Positions 21,690 to 22,496 of a stretch of 22,496 nucleotides of DNA are shown piece by piece; position 1 is the stretch's first letter; each line of letters opens with the position of its first letter. The notes beneath the pieces are model-generated. The model made no database searches, had not been told where the DNA came from, and saw only the letters and a program-made list of their open reading frames with translations. The DNA lies in the IMG/VR virus record IMGVR_UViG_3300008114_001632, one strand, 5' to 3'. The stretch is from a virus (taxonomy: Duplodnaviria > Heunggongvirae > Uroviricota > Caudoviricetes). The translations under genes were made by a program, and so were the position numbers.

Positions 21690-22089
21690 CTATCGCTCCT
21701 CCTGTTACCCACGCTGTACAGCTACGTGTGCCAGCGCATTTAAAATGTAAGAAATTACAGTAGCCTAGATCTGCTTTGTGTATAGTAGCCATAGTATCAG
21801 CACTGGGCTCATCGCCCTTAGCACCATCTTCAATACACTTCCACATCTTGTCTGATACATCAAATGCAGCACAGTTACCACACAGCATTGTCTTGGCAGT
21901 TTTCTCTGTGATGTTCCAACGCCGGGCAGCTTGTTTCCAATAACTTTCAGGCTCGTCTGGATTAGCAGGACCATAGTGATACTCATCTATAGCTTTCTGA
22001 CGATTCTTTAGATTAACATCTATGTCATAAGTCGCTATAGGACAGCCCTTGTTGGCTGCTTCTACTATGTTTATGTATTTTCTATACAT
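21667..22089 (-). CDS. Cys-rich protein, 140 aa, with HiPIP-like Cys pattern
   Basis: CGNCAAF ... GYCNFLHFKCAGTRSCTAW; N-terminus MYRKYINIVEA. Confidence 0.7.
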   Translation of the reverse strand: MYRKYINIVEAANKGCPIATYDIDVNLKNRQKAIDEYHYGPANPDEPESYWKQAARRWNITEKTAKTMLCGNCAAFDVSDKMWKCIEDGAKGDEPSADTMATIHKADLGYCNFLHFKCAGTRSCTAWVTGGAIDDKDRTE

Positions 22090-22090
22090 T

Positions 22091-22496
22091 TCAATTCCCT
22101 ACCAATAATAAATCAAAGGCTGCGGTGTATCTGCCGTTGTTGGTTCTACCTGATACTCGCACATCAATATCCGACTTTTCTGGGATGGGTGGCGGGAATG
22201 CAAAGTCATAAGTGTATTGACCACCGGTGCCGCCCACTTCAAAGGTGTGCTGTGTTCTAAAACTTTCTTCGCCAAAATATCTCACAAACATATTGCCTGT
22301 GGCATCAGACCCGCTTTGTGCTGAAGCAGTGCCTTTGTAAAGATAGCCAGTATATCCAGCAGGTACAGTGTACACAGCCATTAGTGTCTGTCCTTTGGTA
22401 GCAGTGATACGAGCCACTGTGGTTGAATTTCGTTGTATGTCAATGTTGCCTACATTTGTAGTGCCGTCTGCTACGAACGCTCTAAACACTCGCTTG
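22091..22496 (-). CDS. Beta-rich probable virion structural protein, C-terminal part (5' end outside the window)
   Basis: Frame is open to the window end; beta-strand-rich (QTLMAVYTVPAG, PIPEKSDIDVR). Confidence 0.7.
   Translation of the reverse strand, partial: KRVFRAFVADGTTNVGNIDIQRNSTTVARITATKGQTLMAVYTVPAGYTGYLYKGTASAQSGSDATGNMFVRYFGEESFRTQHTFEVGGTGGQYTYDFAFPPPIPEKSDIDVRVSGRTNNGRYTAAFDLLLVGN

Noticed and set aside
1-22496. tRNA/rRNA genes, IS elements, integrase, or a recoded genetic code
   Set aside because: Intergenic gaps are too short and no cloverleaf or terminal inverted repeats were seen; TAA and TGA end coherent genes, and long ORFs read through under the standard code with no in-frame stops.

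Overview
This window is a gene-dense, AT-rich (mostly minus-strand) segment of a large tailed-phage genome with T4-like regulation; no bacterial housekeeping context is visible. From left to right it holds: (i) a nucleotide-metabolism block (class II aldolase-family protein, Hc1-like basic protein, Sm-like protein, glutaredoxin, class Ia nrdB/nrdA); (ii) a beta-helix virion/tail-type protein and a PD-(D/E)XK exonuclease; (iii) a ~7 kb run of probable internal-head proteins sharing an N-terminal M-x-[ILF]-x-E motif, including a pol-beta-type nucleotidyltransferase next to a KxDG ligase-like protein; (iv) a PAAR protein and a short UDP-glucose dehydrogenase-family protein; (v) an iscU-iscA-erpA Fe-S assembly cassette; (vi) a divergent set of small genes with an alpha/beta hydrolase; and (vii) Cys-rich small proteins. 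Signals not shown by the ORF track: a candidate -1 frameshift at A_AAA_AAG directly before a stop that would fuse a 277-aa protein to a start-less 128-aa frame; a repeated (A/C)TAAATA late-promoter motif, four times placed inside a hairpin whose upstream arm pairs with the ribosome-binding site and three times placed 4-5 nt before an SD-less ATG; and a hidden 52-aa metallothionein-like ORF next to a HiPIP-like Cys protein. All family assignments come from motif recognition by eye; no database searches or folding calculations were run.
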